This document shows positions 29,497-44,753 of a stretch of 64,000 nt of DNA, in pieces. This stretch comes from the human T2T-CHM13v2.0 reference genome, Homo sapiens: the NCBI RefSeq assembly GCF_009914755.1, contig NC_060930.1; one strand, 5' to 3'. The first letter of the stretch is position 1; every line of letters begins with the position of its first letter. Under the pieces are notes generated by a model that worked only from the letters and a program-made list of their open reading frames with translations, did not search any database and was not told the origin of the DNA. Position numbers and translations under genes: made by a program.

Positions 29497-30121
29497 GAGA
29501 GTCTTGCAAGTTGTAGTAGCCAGTATATACTCTGTTGGTTACTACAACCTAGATTGTAAATATCTTCTAAAATACTGCCTCATAGGAATTTTACTCAATG
29601 TTTTTAAACCATGTTCAATTCACAGCATACAAAAAAAAGTACATGCTGAGCACTGTGTATGTTTAGGGCTCCCAAATCTATAGTTCTATCTTAAATTCTT
29701 TATAATAATGTCAGACTGTCCTACCAAAGGTCTGCTGAAAAATCCACCTGGATGTTCCAATAGACTACTCATAAAATACCCAAAAATGAGTCAGTCTCCT
29801 CCATCATCATATTCCAGGAGTCTGCTCCATCTCCAGGCTCCCTCTTTTGGTAATTGGCACCTTTAGCCTCTTGCTGGCCACCAGGCCAGCCTCTGCCAAT
29901 GCTTCAGGGCTCTGCACAGGTTTCACCCCTTCTGATATTATTATACTTCCCTGGCACTGTGATGACTATCTCATCTCATTTGGAGGAGAGTGAGGGCTGG
30001 TGAGAGAAAATCCAAACCACTGTTATTTTTGAATTGTTGCTATTATTACTACCATTATTATTACTTTTCAAACAAGTACATTTGTGGAGATCTTCTTAGC
30101 ATTCTATTATCTTCCTATTGA

Positions 30122-31511
<1,390 letters not shown>

Positions 31512-32847
31512 TAATACTAATTGTATGCAGGAATAGATGGAAATTCTGCTTTAATGTGCCATATTCATTGCAATTTTGTATGATACATGGAATCATGCAC
31601 TGCTAAGGAGAAGCAGCACACTGATACATGTTACATATTGCATATTTTTATTATATATTGCATTATTTTGTATTAGTCGGTATCATTGTGTAGAATCAAC
31701 AAACCAGCTGTTATATCGTTTTGCCTCTGTTTCCAGATTTTATAGATATATTTAATAGGCTTATGTAATAAATTAATTCAGCAAATGTTTTCTCAGCATC
31801 AAAAAAAGATATAGCCTCAAAAAGTCCTTCCTTGTCTATCAACCAAAATATGGTCCATCTCCCATCACTATCACATCATCCTGCTATACTATCTTTATAA
31901 TATATATCCTTCTCTGAAATTACTGTGTTTATTAATTTTCCTGATTTTTATCTGTCTTTCCTCACTAAAATGTAAACACCCTGTGAAAAGATTCCTGCCT
32001 TTATGCTCACAGCTCTATTCCAGGAGCTAGAATAGTGCTAGTGCAAGGTAATGCTCATTTAAAAAAACTAATAAATGCCAAATGTTCATTGGGCATGAGA
32101 AGGCATATCCAAAACACTTGTTGGAGGGCAGCGGGAAGCAAACATCAAGAAAAATATCAGTTTTGAGAATACAGTGGCCTACTAGAACCCCCACAGGGAT
32201 AATTTGGAGAAGGTTAGCAGAAGACAGTGAACCAACTGGCAGGAAGTCATGGGGACTGAGAAAGAACTAATTTTCAGTAATTGTTTTGAAATCCACCTGA
32301 TCTGACTCTGAGTGCCTAGGTAGACAGCCATTGCCTCAGGAAGCACGTGCCTGTGTCATGCATTTCATCACTTCATTGCACCATGCCCGGAGTGGTATTT
32401 TGACTCTTTAATGTCCATGAATATGCCTTGACTTGAGAAGCACTGTAGTGTGGTGCAAAGTGCATTTACTATGAGATCAGCAGACTCAAATACTAGGTCC
32501 TGGACTAGCTCTGTGATCTTGGGAAAGACCCACACATGCCTAAACCCATGGACTAGTCTGTTTCCTGCCCTCCAAACCAACCACCACACAAAGCCAGGCA
32601 TGATCCCTCTGGGCTAGGATTTTAGAATACTACTGTTTCCATTTAGTAATCTGACTGCTGTTAGCTTTAGCCTACCCTCCATTCTTGCCACAACGCCCTT
32701 TATTAATTGTCTGTCTTCTTTTCTTCTCTAGGTCAGATCTTCTTTAAGGGTTTTGTTCATGCTTACATCACATCATCAGTACCTCATCCCTACCTACTCC
32801 TAACCCCATCCACTACTATTACGCATATGGGAAGAAATAAGAAATGT

Positions 32848-33138
32848 GGCCGGGCACGGTGGCTCACACCTGTAATCCCAGCACTTTGGAAGGCCGAGGC
32901 GGGCGGATCACGAGGTCAAGAGATTGAGACCATCCTGGCCAACATGGTGAAACCCCGTCTCTACTAAAAATACAAAAATTACCTGGGCGTGGTGGCAAGT
33001 GCCTATAGTCCCAGCTACTCAGGAAGCTGAGACAGGAGAATTGCTTGAACCCGGGAGGTGGAGTTGCAGTGAGCCGAGATTGTGCCACTGCACTGCAACC
33101 TGGCAACAGAGTGCGACTGTCTCAAAAAAAAAAAAAAA
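32848..33138 (+). mobile_element. AluS (Sc-like)
   Basis: Full dimer; TSD aaataagaaatgt. Confidence 0.95.
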
Positions 33139-36100
33139 GGAAATAAGAAAATAAGAAATGTTTGTCAAAATAGTCAAAACTTTCAGAAAAAAAATAAAAA
33201 AACAACTGGTAATATAGATCCAGTACTTTAAAAAGAAACATTCTTTGACCTAATTATTCTTTTAGAACCTTAGCCTTAATAAATAATTCCACATGCAAAC
33301 AAATATACACATGCAAAGATGTTCAGTACTGTGTTACATTAATTGCAAAACAAAACAAAAACAACAAAAAACCTATAATGGAACAACATAAATAATCAGG
33401 AGGACAAGACTAAGTAATTCATGAAATGTCCAACTATAGAAGCTTCATATGTATGAATATATGATATATGATAGAAGGATATTAAGCATACTTCAAAAAA
33501 TGATGTTTAGTGGACAGAAAAGTAAAGCATACTATTAAACGAAGAAACCACACATTTTAAAAAACCTATATGCATTGTGATCCTAGTTATGCAATATCAT
33601 AACCCTTATTACCACCACCCCCTCCACACACACACACACCACAGAATAAAAAAGAGCTAAATTTGTTCAGAGCATATTCAATTCAGAAAATTTACATCTG
33701 TTTACTGGGGGACTGCTCTATGAATCAGAGAGTATTAGCTTTGTTTTACAATTCAAGAATGTCGAGATTTAAAGAAGCAACTTTACCAAGATTACTGAAA
33801 TATATTATATTCAGAATATTCTCTGTCATTTTCTGTGAGTCTCTCCTTATGTAAAGTCTATACAATCCTAACCCATTGACTCAGGCTTAGCCATGCAGCT
33901 TGTTTAGAGTGATGAACAGAAACACATTGTCCACACACATGTGTGGACACATAATATATTGTAAGGGAATAGGGGATTATAAGGCAAATTTGTGCTGAGT
34001 TCTCAGTGAGGACAATCTGAAGAAGTGAAGAGGTGATGAACACACATTAATTTAATCTACCTTATTAAAATCAACACAGTGTGATGAACAGAATCACATT
34101 GTCCACTACGAGCCCCCTTTTCTCTCTCTCCTCTGAGGCCAACAATGCTCTCAACCACAAAAAGAGATAAGCTGCTTCTTCATTTTGGGTTCTGGAATAA
34201 AGAAGACACAGAGAAGCCATAGCCAACCTAATAAGACATGTAATATGAGTGAGAAATAAACATTTGGTGTCACCTACTGGGAACTAGCAGCTGTACATCC
34301 TAACCTAACCCATGCTGATTAAAAGGGACTAGCAATGGGTGAGGGCAAAATTCTAACCTGGATCTGTTTGGCTCCAATATCCATGATCTGTCTACCATAT
34401 TAGACTATCTTCTTTCATGTTTTCAATTGTCTTGATAAAATTTACTTTTATGTTGAGAAAGAATATACCGTAAAACAATAGCTTTTGTGAATCAGGAATA
34501 CATTCTAAATGTAAATTGAAATAAATAGTACTTGCCTCCCTGGTTTGACCTTATATCTCCTATTATAAGTAATTTTTATGTTTTGAATCTAATACCCTAG
34601 AAATTGTCACCCATGCTTTCAGACTGATGCCAAGCTAAATTTTCATTTATTGGATATGCTTTATTAGCTGGTAGTCAGAAAACCCATATTCGGGCAAATC
34701 CTCTGTCCTTTTCCTTTGGAAAGTTTAATTGAACTGATGGGTGCGTGTCACCTCTTATTTGCCAGCCATTCCAGTGATGGGAAAGTAGGCTTTTTGAAGG
34801 CTTCTGATTTTATGTTTTTATCTTGACAAGGTGCTATTAGGCCACTCCATGAGTGGAAACCTTTCAGTACAGGCATTCTAGATAGCTCAGAGAATATCAC
34901 AAAGCCTTTATAAAGAAAGTCTTCCTCTACTTCGGGACACCCTTCTACTGAGCATAGCCATTTGATGCCATGGAGACTCAATCTCTTGGCAGCCAGTGCT
35001 GGACTTTCTATGGGAATTTACAAAATTCCTGGCAGGCTCACCTCTGCTATTTTGAAACCCTAGAAACTGAAAGTTTGTTGCTAACTGCTTACAGGTTATA
35101 GCAATAAAATTGATTGTCACACCTAGTCAAACTCATTAAACCTTGGCTTTGGGGCCCAGTAGCACACACATATATATAATTATACACATGCCACCTTCTT
35201 TTCAATATAACCCAAAGCACCCAGACTCACCAGTCTTGAGAACATCTGAAGTAACAATAATTTTTATACTCAATGTTTCTGACTCATCCTCTCATTTTTT
35301 CATGTAGAATTTAAGCCTTCTTTAAAATGAACTCCCTGTCCCATAGATATATTTGGAGGATAGCCCTAGAAAGGGTCTCACATGGGTTCTAGAACAAGTC
35401 TTAAGCCACTAGGCCTAATATAACTTTTCCCAGGCTTATACTGAACAGCCACCATGCCCATGTGCATACTCTGTGCTCATCATTACTTCAATGGCCTCTA
35501 GAGGACGCTACTTTGCTAAAGGTGCTGTCTCCTGATGTATTGAAATTATATATTTGAATCCAAAACCATTGCTGATTGTAAAAAGGAACAAAAGAAACGT
35601 GAAGTAATATGGCCCTCGAGACACTGAAACAGAGCTGTGTTCATATCCTCTCTGGCTAATTTGGTTGTTTCCATTTAGGGGCCATTATGAATAAAGCTGC
35701 TATGATTGTTCTCATAGAAGTGTTTTGATAGAAGTATATCTAAAAGTGGAATGAAATAATCATAGAGTGTCTTTTTATTAGAAACTGCCAAACAGCTTTC
35801 AAAGTGGTCTATCATTTTATATTCCTCCAGCAATAAAAATGAAAGTTCCAGTTGCACCATGTACAGGAGGGTATGTACAAACTGAAAGTTAGTTACTAAC
35901 TGCTTACAGCTTATAGCAATAGTGTTTTTTTATTATCCTTCTTAGGGGTTCCGGAAAGTCCATCGGCCAATCTAGTCTAGTCCTGTGGCAAACACAACTT
36001 ATTAGTTCCTGTGTTCAGGTTAAATAACTGGAAGCCCAAGACACAGCTTCCTTTTCAGAGATCAGAATAAAAGAATTACAACATAAACCTGGAATCTTTC

Positions 36101-36993
36101 ATCCAAGTGGAATTTTTCTATGTAGGCTGCTATTGTTGTGCATGCTTGAAGGAAAAGTTATTAATTTTATCTTGATGTTTTTATTACCTGATTGCTCATT
36201 TTCAGAATTCCTCATCTTTGAAGGGTATTTTGTGAATTTATATGTCTGTTGGCTCTCTCCTTGCAACCCTTGTAAGTTAGGGAGATAAAAGTGTTGTCAT
36301 CCTGCCTGGAACTCCATGGTTGGCAATGGGGGCTTAGCAGAGATGCTAGACACAGTAATGTTTCCCAGAGGAGGTGCCTAGACATGAAGCTCAGTTTTGC
36401 TTGAGCTGGAACTATGTTTCAGATCAGCACTAGAATTAGAGCTAAAGATATTTTACACCTGGAGATGTAATCAAGAGATCCCACTGCCCCTCAGCATCCC
36501 TCAATTATTTCATGGATGTTGACTAATGAGTACATGGCTGCCATGGGCTATTTACTTTCAGCCTAGAAGTAAACATCAGGTATTTCATAACCAACTCAAC
36601 TGGGGCCAATATCAACAGTTACAAGGCAGTGGGAGTTAAAGAGATAATAACTTCCTGAGAATTTGTTTCATAATTAATTAAACAATACCACTCCTTCTCC
36701 ACTGGAAATCTTCATGTACCAGAAAAGTATATCCTAGGTTTTCTTTTACTCTGCTATTTTCATATTGATTGAATTCAAGCAATATAATTAGTGCATGATT
36801 TTACCAATATTTAACCTAGATTAATCCAGCGTAAGAGATTAATATTTAAATTAAGTATTTGGAAGAAGAGAATTAGGTACATATAATGTAATTGTTAGAT
36901 AACCTTAATTAATGGACTGAAAATAACCAATACTATCTCTAAGTCTTATTTTCACTAAATAGATGTGTTCATCTATAGACCTGTGTTTATATA

Positions 36994-37358
36994 CAGATGC
37001 GCCTCAACTCACGATGGGATTATTCCCTGATAAACCCATTGTAAGTTGCAAATATCATAAGTTGAAAATGTATTTCATAAACCTACCCTACAACACATCA
37101 TAGCTTAGCATAGCCTATATTAAATGTGCTCAGAACCCTTACATTAGCCTAAAGTTGGGCACAATCACCTAACACAAAGCCTGTATTATAATAAAGGGTT
37201 GAATATCTTACTCAATTTATTGAGTTCTGTACGGAAAGTGAAAAGCAGAATGCTTGTATGGGTACTTGAAGTATTTTTTCTCCTGAACATGTAATGTGTT
37301 CACACCATCATAAAGTAAAAACTTGTAAGTTGAACCATTGTAAGTTTGGAACCATCTG
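36994..37358 (+). mobile_element. MER47A-like TcMar-Tigger MITE, full length
   Basis: TA|cagatg...catctg|TA termini and characteristic internal sequence. Confidence 0.85.
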
Positions 37359-37794
37359 TATATATGTGTTTATATATGTGTGTGTGCAAGCACAATTGCA
37401 AGACTTACAGTTAATTAAATCAGAAGCCTTAAAGCTGCCAAATGCCACATAAGCCAGGATGAACCACGTTTGCCCTGCCCAAGTCTAAATAAACTCAGGA
37501 CATTTATTCTCCTCTTTGCAATGTCAGACTCTTTATTTATTTATCACGCTTTGATGATGTCTGACTCTTTAAAAATAGCTCCTGGTAAAGACTGGGAAAT
37601 TGTTGATGTCTTGCAATCAACAGGCATTTTTCCAGGGATCTGATCAGTAGCCTAAGATGCTACTACTAGTACTGCTACTGTTGCTTTTTTTCTTCCTTTA
37701 GTCACTTTCTTTTCCCAATTTCCGGGCTGTCTCAAACTAACCATGGGAATTTGCTAAATGTACTTGAAGGTATATCCTATTCATAGGATTTCCT

Positions 37795-37992
37795 AACACA
37801 TCATAGCTTAGCCTAGCCTATTTTAAATGTGCTCAGAACCCTTACATTAGCCTAAAGTTGGGCACAATCATCTAACACAAAGCGCATATTATAATAAAGT
37901 GTTGAATATCTTAATTTATTGAATACTGTACTGAAAGTGAAAAACAGAATGCTTGTACGAGTACTTGAAGTATTTTTTCTCCTAAATATGTA
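37795..37992 (+). repeat. Second, internal-only copy of the MER47 segment 37092-37293
   Basis: Direct alignment, about 90% identical, no TIRs. Confidence 0.85.
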
Positions 37993-39701
37993 GGTCCTAG
38001 AACATTCAAAGGACCTACGGGTTGATGGTCTACCTGCTCAGTGTTATATGACCTTCTAGAGCATCCATTTTCTCCTCTGAAAATCAAAATTCACATAAAT
38101 TCCTCTTTGGATAGTTGTGAAAACAAAGAGGCTAGTGGATGAGAAAATCCTTCATTAATTTTAAGGCATGGGAAAAATACTCTTTATTATTCTTTAAAAA
38201 CAGGAAACTCAAAATGAAGTCAAAATGAGCACCTAGATCAGGGTATTGCTAAAAGTATACATATGAATGTATAAAAAAGATGTGTGTCATTTCTCTTAAA
38301 GTGTATATTTTAGGTCAGAGGAGGAAATAAGTCATATTCAAAAAAGAACCATGTCATAATGATGTCTGACAGGAGGCAATACTAATGCAAACAATAAAAG
38401 CAGAGAAAAGGAGATCAACTGGAAACAACTGAGAGAAGAGTGGATAAAGGCAATAACAGACAAATGAAGTACAACTATGCTCATTAAATTTAGCAAAATA
38501 TCTATTAAAGTATATGATGACCAACTTCACTAAGATACACATTGAAAGTGGAATTTAGAGATGGTAGAAATCAAAGAACTCTATCAGTTATTTTTTCAGG
38601 TATCCTGATGTTTGCAAAGCCTATCCCTATTTTCTACTCTGCCCTTGTATTATGGGATCATCCTAAACCTTTGCCCAAAAGCCCTTCTTATGACTGTGCT
38701 TCAGGCTGACCGTGTGCTAGTTGTTTATCATCTACCTCCAGGCCATTATGTTTGAGGCTCATCTATACTCCAGCTATATTTGCCCAAGTTTAATTCACCT
38801 TACAAATGGCGTGGGAACACTTGGTTTCTTTATCTTCCAACAGCTTGGCAGACTTCAGCTCTGATCTTCAGGACCTATTACTGATAATCAGGGCTTGACC
38901 AAATGAAGTGAATTTGGAAGCAGCTCTGATAAAGTTTTCTTATTTCTGTCTACGGCAGAAGTTTGTCTACTGTGGATGTATCTCCACTCCCATTTGACAA
39001 AACCTGATTTGCAAAAATGAATACATCCTAAACAGACCCTTTTAAAAATGTCTCTTGGATTTACAAATAGATTTAATATAGGATTTCTTTAAATCACTTT
39101 TTTACTGCTTTTAAATAAGATTTGATTTACCAATTTTCAGGAACACATCCGCCACAAGTAAAGAGTAATACTCCTGCATAAAAATAACACAGAAAGAGTA
39201 CCCTTAAAGGCTTAAAGTCCTGCCTCAATAGCATAGCAACAACCAAAAAAAAACATTAAATATTAGTCTTAGGCACAAAGAAAAATATGGCCCCATTGTT
39301 TTTAAATTATCTTAAGGCTCTATCTACACATGGGTTCCCCATTACCCAATGTCCTTTGCGCTCTACTTGCTTGGGCTTGACACCTAAATGTGTCCAGACT
39401 TATTATTTTTTTAAATATCAACGTCCTTTTCTTTCCATAAAGGAAAGGAAAGAAAGTAGTGCTCAGAGAAAGTCATATGCTTGAACATTTATTTTGAGAA
39501 TCAGATGAAAGTATATGGAGTAAAAGAAGTAGCCCTCAATTATCTATGTTAGTAAAGAGCAAGACTAGTTTGCTTAATTCAAAAATTTTAACACAATGTG
39601 TTGTTTTAGACAACATATTTAGTTTTAAAATTAATTCATTCATGATAAACATAGCTTTTAGTATTTTATCAATACCTTTGCCTAGTCTCCTTCCTAAATC
39701 C

Positions 39702-40010
39702 CTTTTTTTCCTTTTCTTTTTTTTTTTTTTGAGTGGGAATTTCGCTTTATCGTCCAGGCTGGAGTGCAATGGAGCAATCTCAGCTCACTGCAACCGCTGC
39801 CACCTGAGTTCAAGCGATTCTCCTGCCTCAGCCTCCTGAGTAGTTGGGATTACAGCTGCCACCACTCCCTGCTAAATTTTTTTTGTATTTTTAGTAGAAA
39901 TGGGGTTTCACCATCTTGGCCAGTCTCGTCTTGAACTCCTGACCTTGTGATCCACCTGCGTCGGCCTCCCAAAGTGCTGGGATTACAGGCATGAGCCACC
40001 CTGCCCGGCC
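39702..40010 (-). mobile_element. AluS
   Basis: TSD tctccttcctaaatc. Confidence 0.95.
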
Positions 40011-40178
40011 TCTCCTTCCTAAATCTCTAAATCTCTACATGATCTTTGTTTCCCAAGACCCTAGCATGTATTCTATAGACTTGAGTTAGATCATACCTCT
40101 TCCACTAATCCAATTAATTACCCAACTCACCCCTAAGCAACATGCTAACCAGAAAGACAACATATTTTATTGGTGAGT

Positions 40179-40440
40179 ATCTATGGTAGGTAAAACCAGA
40201 TCAACCTGATTCTGCTCTGTCAAGGTCCAGGTTTCTGAGTTTCTATCCTCTGTGAAGTTCCACCAGATCACACAGTATACAGGAGACACTGAAGGACAGG
40301 GTCAGTGTCATCTATGGTAGGTAAAACCGGATCAACCTGATTCTGCTCTGTCAAGGTCCAGGTTTCTGAGTTTCTGTCCTCTGTGATGTTCCACCAGATC
40401 ACACAGTATACAGGAGACACTGAAGGACGGGATCCGTGTC
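40179..40440. repeat. 131-bp tandem duplication
   Basis: 40179-40309 vs 40310-40440, 6 mismatches. Confidence 0.95.
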
Positions 40441-40559
40441 TCGTTCCTTTCTCTGTGTCTTCTCTCCCCAATGGTATTTAAATATATACAAGACTCTCCC
40501 AATAAACATATTTTAAAAACCCTTCTCTTTTGTCTTGACTCTCTGTCTTATCACTTAAA

Positions 40560-41745
40560 TTTCTTATGCCCATCTCCAAATTTCTCAGAAGTTCAGCCTG
40601 TCCCCGACATTGATCACCCTCTGCTTCTTAAAACTCTCCTAACTTGGTTTCTATTCCACCACATCCTCCTGGTTTTTCTTAAATTTTGATGAGTCTAGCT
40701 ATTCCCTGTTTTCTTTGCACAGCCATCCCATATTGCCCAGCTTTATCTTATCAATCCCTATGTTCTCTCACATTGTAGTTTTATGTACACCTGTAGTTCA
40801 AGAACCACATAGTTACTAATGGCTTCCAAGTTCAAATCCTTGGTCCAAACCTCCCACTAGAAATGCTGATTTGTACATTAAACTACAGTCTCACTAAATG
40901 CACCAGAATAAACAGTAAGACTTCAAATTCAATGTGTCCAAAGCTGAAATCATTAATTTCTCCCTTAAGTTTGTTCCTATTCCTATATTCTCTAGTTTAT
41001 GATACTGCCATTCAAACAAATATTTCAAGTAGAAACGAGGATCCCATTATTAATGTTACCACCTCCCTCAATCCTTGCATGTAATCAATCAAATCGCAGA
41101 GTCTTTGTTATTTTACTTCTAAGTAATTATAAAATCTATTCTTCTTATTACCCCAGCTACTGCTGTCATAACTAAGGCTCTTGACTTGAGACACTGTGGC
41201 AACCTTCTCAAAAGTCTCACTTAGAACCATTGTATCTTCTACTAGCCACGAGAGTTATAGCTATAATGTCTATGTCTTTTTAGCTCCCTAACTACTCAGA
41301 ATAAAGCTCCTAGACAAGGAACATGGCCCCTTGCCCATTTCTATGCCATTATTTTTTGCCACTCAGTCTCATGCCTTTTATTTTTCACCTCTGAATCTCA
41401 TACTTCATATTTCAGAAACCTCTAAATGCCTGCAGTTTCCCGTACAGCATTCAATTTCTTGCCTTCATTCTTTGCTCACAGCCTGTCTCTCTTCCTATCT
41501 CTTCTTGTCTTCTCCTCACCTCGGCCAACACACCTTACCTGCCTAACTCCTACTCATTCTTTGAGAATCTCCTATAGATTTTTTTGACATGTAACACCCA
41601 CCACCCCCCAGGCTGAGTTAAATATCTGTTCTGCATGACCTCACAGTGCCTTGCGTATCTCTTTCCTGAATACTCATCCTCAGCCTTCAGCATAGTGCCC
41701 CATATACTGTTGGCTTTCATGAATATGTGTTGAATGGGTGAGTGT
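40560..41745 (+). mobile_element. L2 LINE 3' relic
   Basis: ttgatcaccctctgcttcttaaaactctc..., ending gcatagtgcc...atgtgttgaatgggtgagtg. Confidence 0.65.
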
Positions 41746-44049
41746 AGAATAGCAGGATGGCTTCCTGCTGACTGGGCTTTTAGCAATGTATCAGTCTAAG
41801 ATATGATGTCATTTCTCTCCATTGAGCAGGGGACTGTGACTAATGATTTTTATCACTATTTCCTACTGAGCCTCATGATTTTGTTTGAAGTATTATAGAT
41901 TTGAAGAATTTCAACCACATCCAGATCTACATGTGCTCACAAATTATGTTGGAAAATGAATATTAAAGTAGTTTCAATTGTGGAAAATTGTGACAAGTTT
42001 TCTCCAATAGAAGATGCAATCAAAGACAGCCTTATCATTTTCATGTTCTTCCATTCCAAATTTGTCACTGGAGATGCCAAAAAGCCAGACAAAGTTTTAC
42101 CTTTGTGTCTCATCTGTATGTCTTCTCCAGTAGAGTAGTGCAAGTGATGTGAATGGACAGAAAGTTAGTCCACAAAGAGAAAAAGAGAAAAATCCCCTTC
42201 CATAATCAAGAGATAGCATAGTGCATTTTTACACTATTTTAGCATTTTAAACTCTAGAAAAATAGAACACTGCTTCCTGTAACTCACAAGTCGGAGCCTG
42301 GAATTTGTCTCACAGGAAACATCTGGGATGCTGCAGGTCAGGGGTGATGAAGGTTACAATGGGTATGTTTCACAGGGAAGGAGTAAGTGTGCGGAAACTG
42401 GAAGTTTCAGGGTATAGGATGTGAATACTTTTTAAGACAATGGAAGACAATAGCAAAGAAGCACAGACAACGGAAGAACTATGGGAAGAGATCTGAAAAA
42501 GAAACCAAGAGGCTTCAAGAGATAAAAACAAAATACGTCAAATAATTACTACTCACTGGATAAAAACAACAGAAAGGGAAAAATTGAGAGGCTGAGCTTT
42601 TAACTCAAAAAATGACAGAAGAAATGCAGCAGCATCTGTGGATGACTAAATCTAACATCCTTTGTTTGAGAGATGGTGGAGAACAAGGAAATACCGGCGG
42701 GGGAAGAATAGTCCTTTTTATCAGCACGTTGTCTAGCTTTATGGACAAGAGAATTTATCGACTGTTTTACCTGCACATGGTTTTTTTAAAAAAAGTTTAT
42801 GTTAAACATCACTAATTTTCATTTGAACTTTAAAAATAAAAAATTCACAAAAAATTGATTTAAATATTTCATTCTGGTAAGACATAGAGTACATTGTTTC
42901 ACCTATACTGATTTATTTTATAATTTGCAATATTAGCATTTGGAGATTTATATTTTGTCTTATCCACTAGGTATATTTCATTCAAAGTACCTTCATGAAA
43001 CCTAACCTCCAAACTCTCCAGGTTCATGTGTCCCTTCAAATGACAGAAGGATTCAGACTTGCTCTTTATCTCCCATGTCTTTGCTCCAAAGCATTAGACT
43101 CCTGGCTTAGCCATCAAGATTACCATTTTAAGTAACAGTTTCTAAATATTCAGGTTCCCATAATAGAATAAAGTTTATACAAGTCGACAATCATAGGTAC
43201 AGAGTTCATTTTTGTCCCTCTTGGTAAAATGAAATTATGGAAAAATATGTATTTATATTGTCTTTGATTAAGTTGTGTTTGATCTGAGCTTGAAAAGTTA
43301 TAGAGTTATATAAATATTATATAATATACAGTTATACAATATTTTGCAGTAGCACAATACATATGTAGCACTCTTACAACAGCTATATATTCAGAATATT
43401 TAAACAATATTTTTAAAGTTTAGTATCACAAAACTATTTTATATACTGGAAGCCAAAGCCCCACATAAAACAATGCATAAATGTTTTAGGTCAAACAGGA
43501 AAAAAAGGGGGGTGGGGAATGATACTGAGAAGTCAAATATATTACTGCATTTTGGAACATTAAATTCATTTACTTATTAAGAAAATTTTGAGTTTTTTTC
43601 TAAACTATAAACATGCCTGTAAATGTGACAAATATAACATCTTACGGATGCCTAATGCTAACTCTTAACATGAAACATTACTCCAGACTGCTCTCCATGA
43701 CTTATACTGAAACAGGAGTGAAAGAAGAAAAAGCATCAGCATTTTATATCTTATTTGTTTCAGGGATTTCTGTGTTATTTGGGGTTGTTCATGGGCAGTA
43801 ATTGCATTAATTTTCATGTATGACTCCCCACTATCGTAATGAGAAAGGCTTCGTGTAACATTTCTCCATCCCAGTTGCAATTAAAATGAAGGGGCAAGAA
43901 CAGCAAGATGCTCTGCTATATGGGAAAGTTGAATCTGCAGAAATCTCCTAAGCATTTGTGAAGAAAATTACAACCTACCCTTTACATTTTCTTTCTTCAA
44001 CACCTTTTTAGTAGAGACAGAATCTAGTGTCTTGGTACAGTGTGATATG

Positions 44050-44653
44050 GAATATGTGTGAGTTATTTATTGCTGAGTGGCAAATTACTACAAAAACTTA
44101 GTATCTCACACAGTTTCTGGAAAATCATAGATCCGGGAGCAGCTTAGCTGGGTGATTCTGGCTCAGGAGAGATATCACGGGTTGCAGTCAAGCTAGGGTG
44201 ACCAACCATCCCAGTTTGCCTATGACAGAGGATCTTCCCAGAAATGGATTTCAGTGCTAAAACTGGGAATGTCTCTGGACAGATGACATAGTTTGTCCTC
44301 CTAAATCAAGTATCAGTTGGGGCTACAATCTCTGAAGACTTGATTGGGATTGGAGGACCCACTTCCAAGCTCTTCCAGGTAGTTGCTGGCAGGAGGCTTC
44401 AGTTCTTTGCTATGTGTACATCTCCAAGGACAAGCTCACGGCATGACTTCTCTCAGAGACTGATCCAAGGGAAAGAAAAGACATGCCACACTGCCTTACA
44501 TGGCTAAATCTCCAGGCCATAAACCAACTCTTCTGCCTTAGTCTATTCACTTAAAAAAAGACGATAAGCCAAACCCACACTTGAAGGTCAGATTATGAGG
44601 GCATGAATACTAGGAAAAAAAGATCATTATGGACATCATGGAAACCAGCTACC
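44050..44653 (-). mobile_element. MLT1F/G-like LTR with a MER81 hAT MITE at 44194-44303
   Basis: MER81 tagggtgaccaaccatcccagtttgcc...gtcctccta with an 8-bp TSD a(g/a)tcaag(c/t). Confidence 0.75.
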
Positions 44654-44753
44654 ATGGTATGGCATGGCATGGCATGGCATGGTGTGGTATGGGATAGTAT
44701 GGTATGGCATGGCATAGCATGATGTGGTATGGTTTGGTATGATGTGGTATGGT
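44654..44753. repeat. Degenerate (ATGGY)n pentanucleotide repeat, about 20 units
   Basis: atggtatggcatggcatggcatggcatggtgtggt... Confidence 0.9.
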
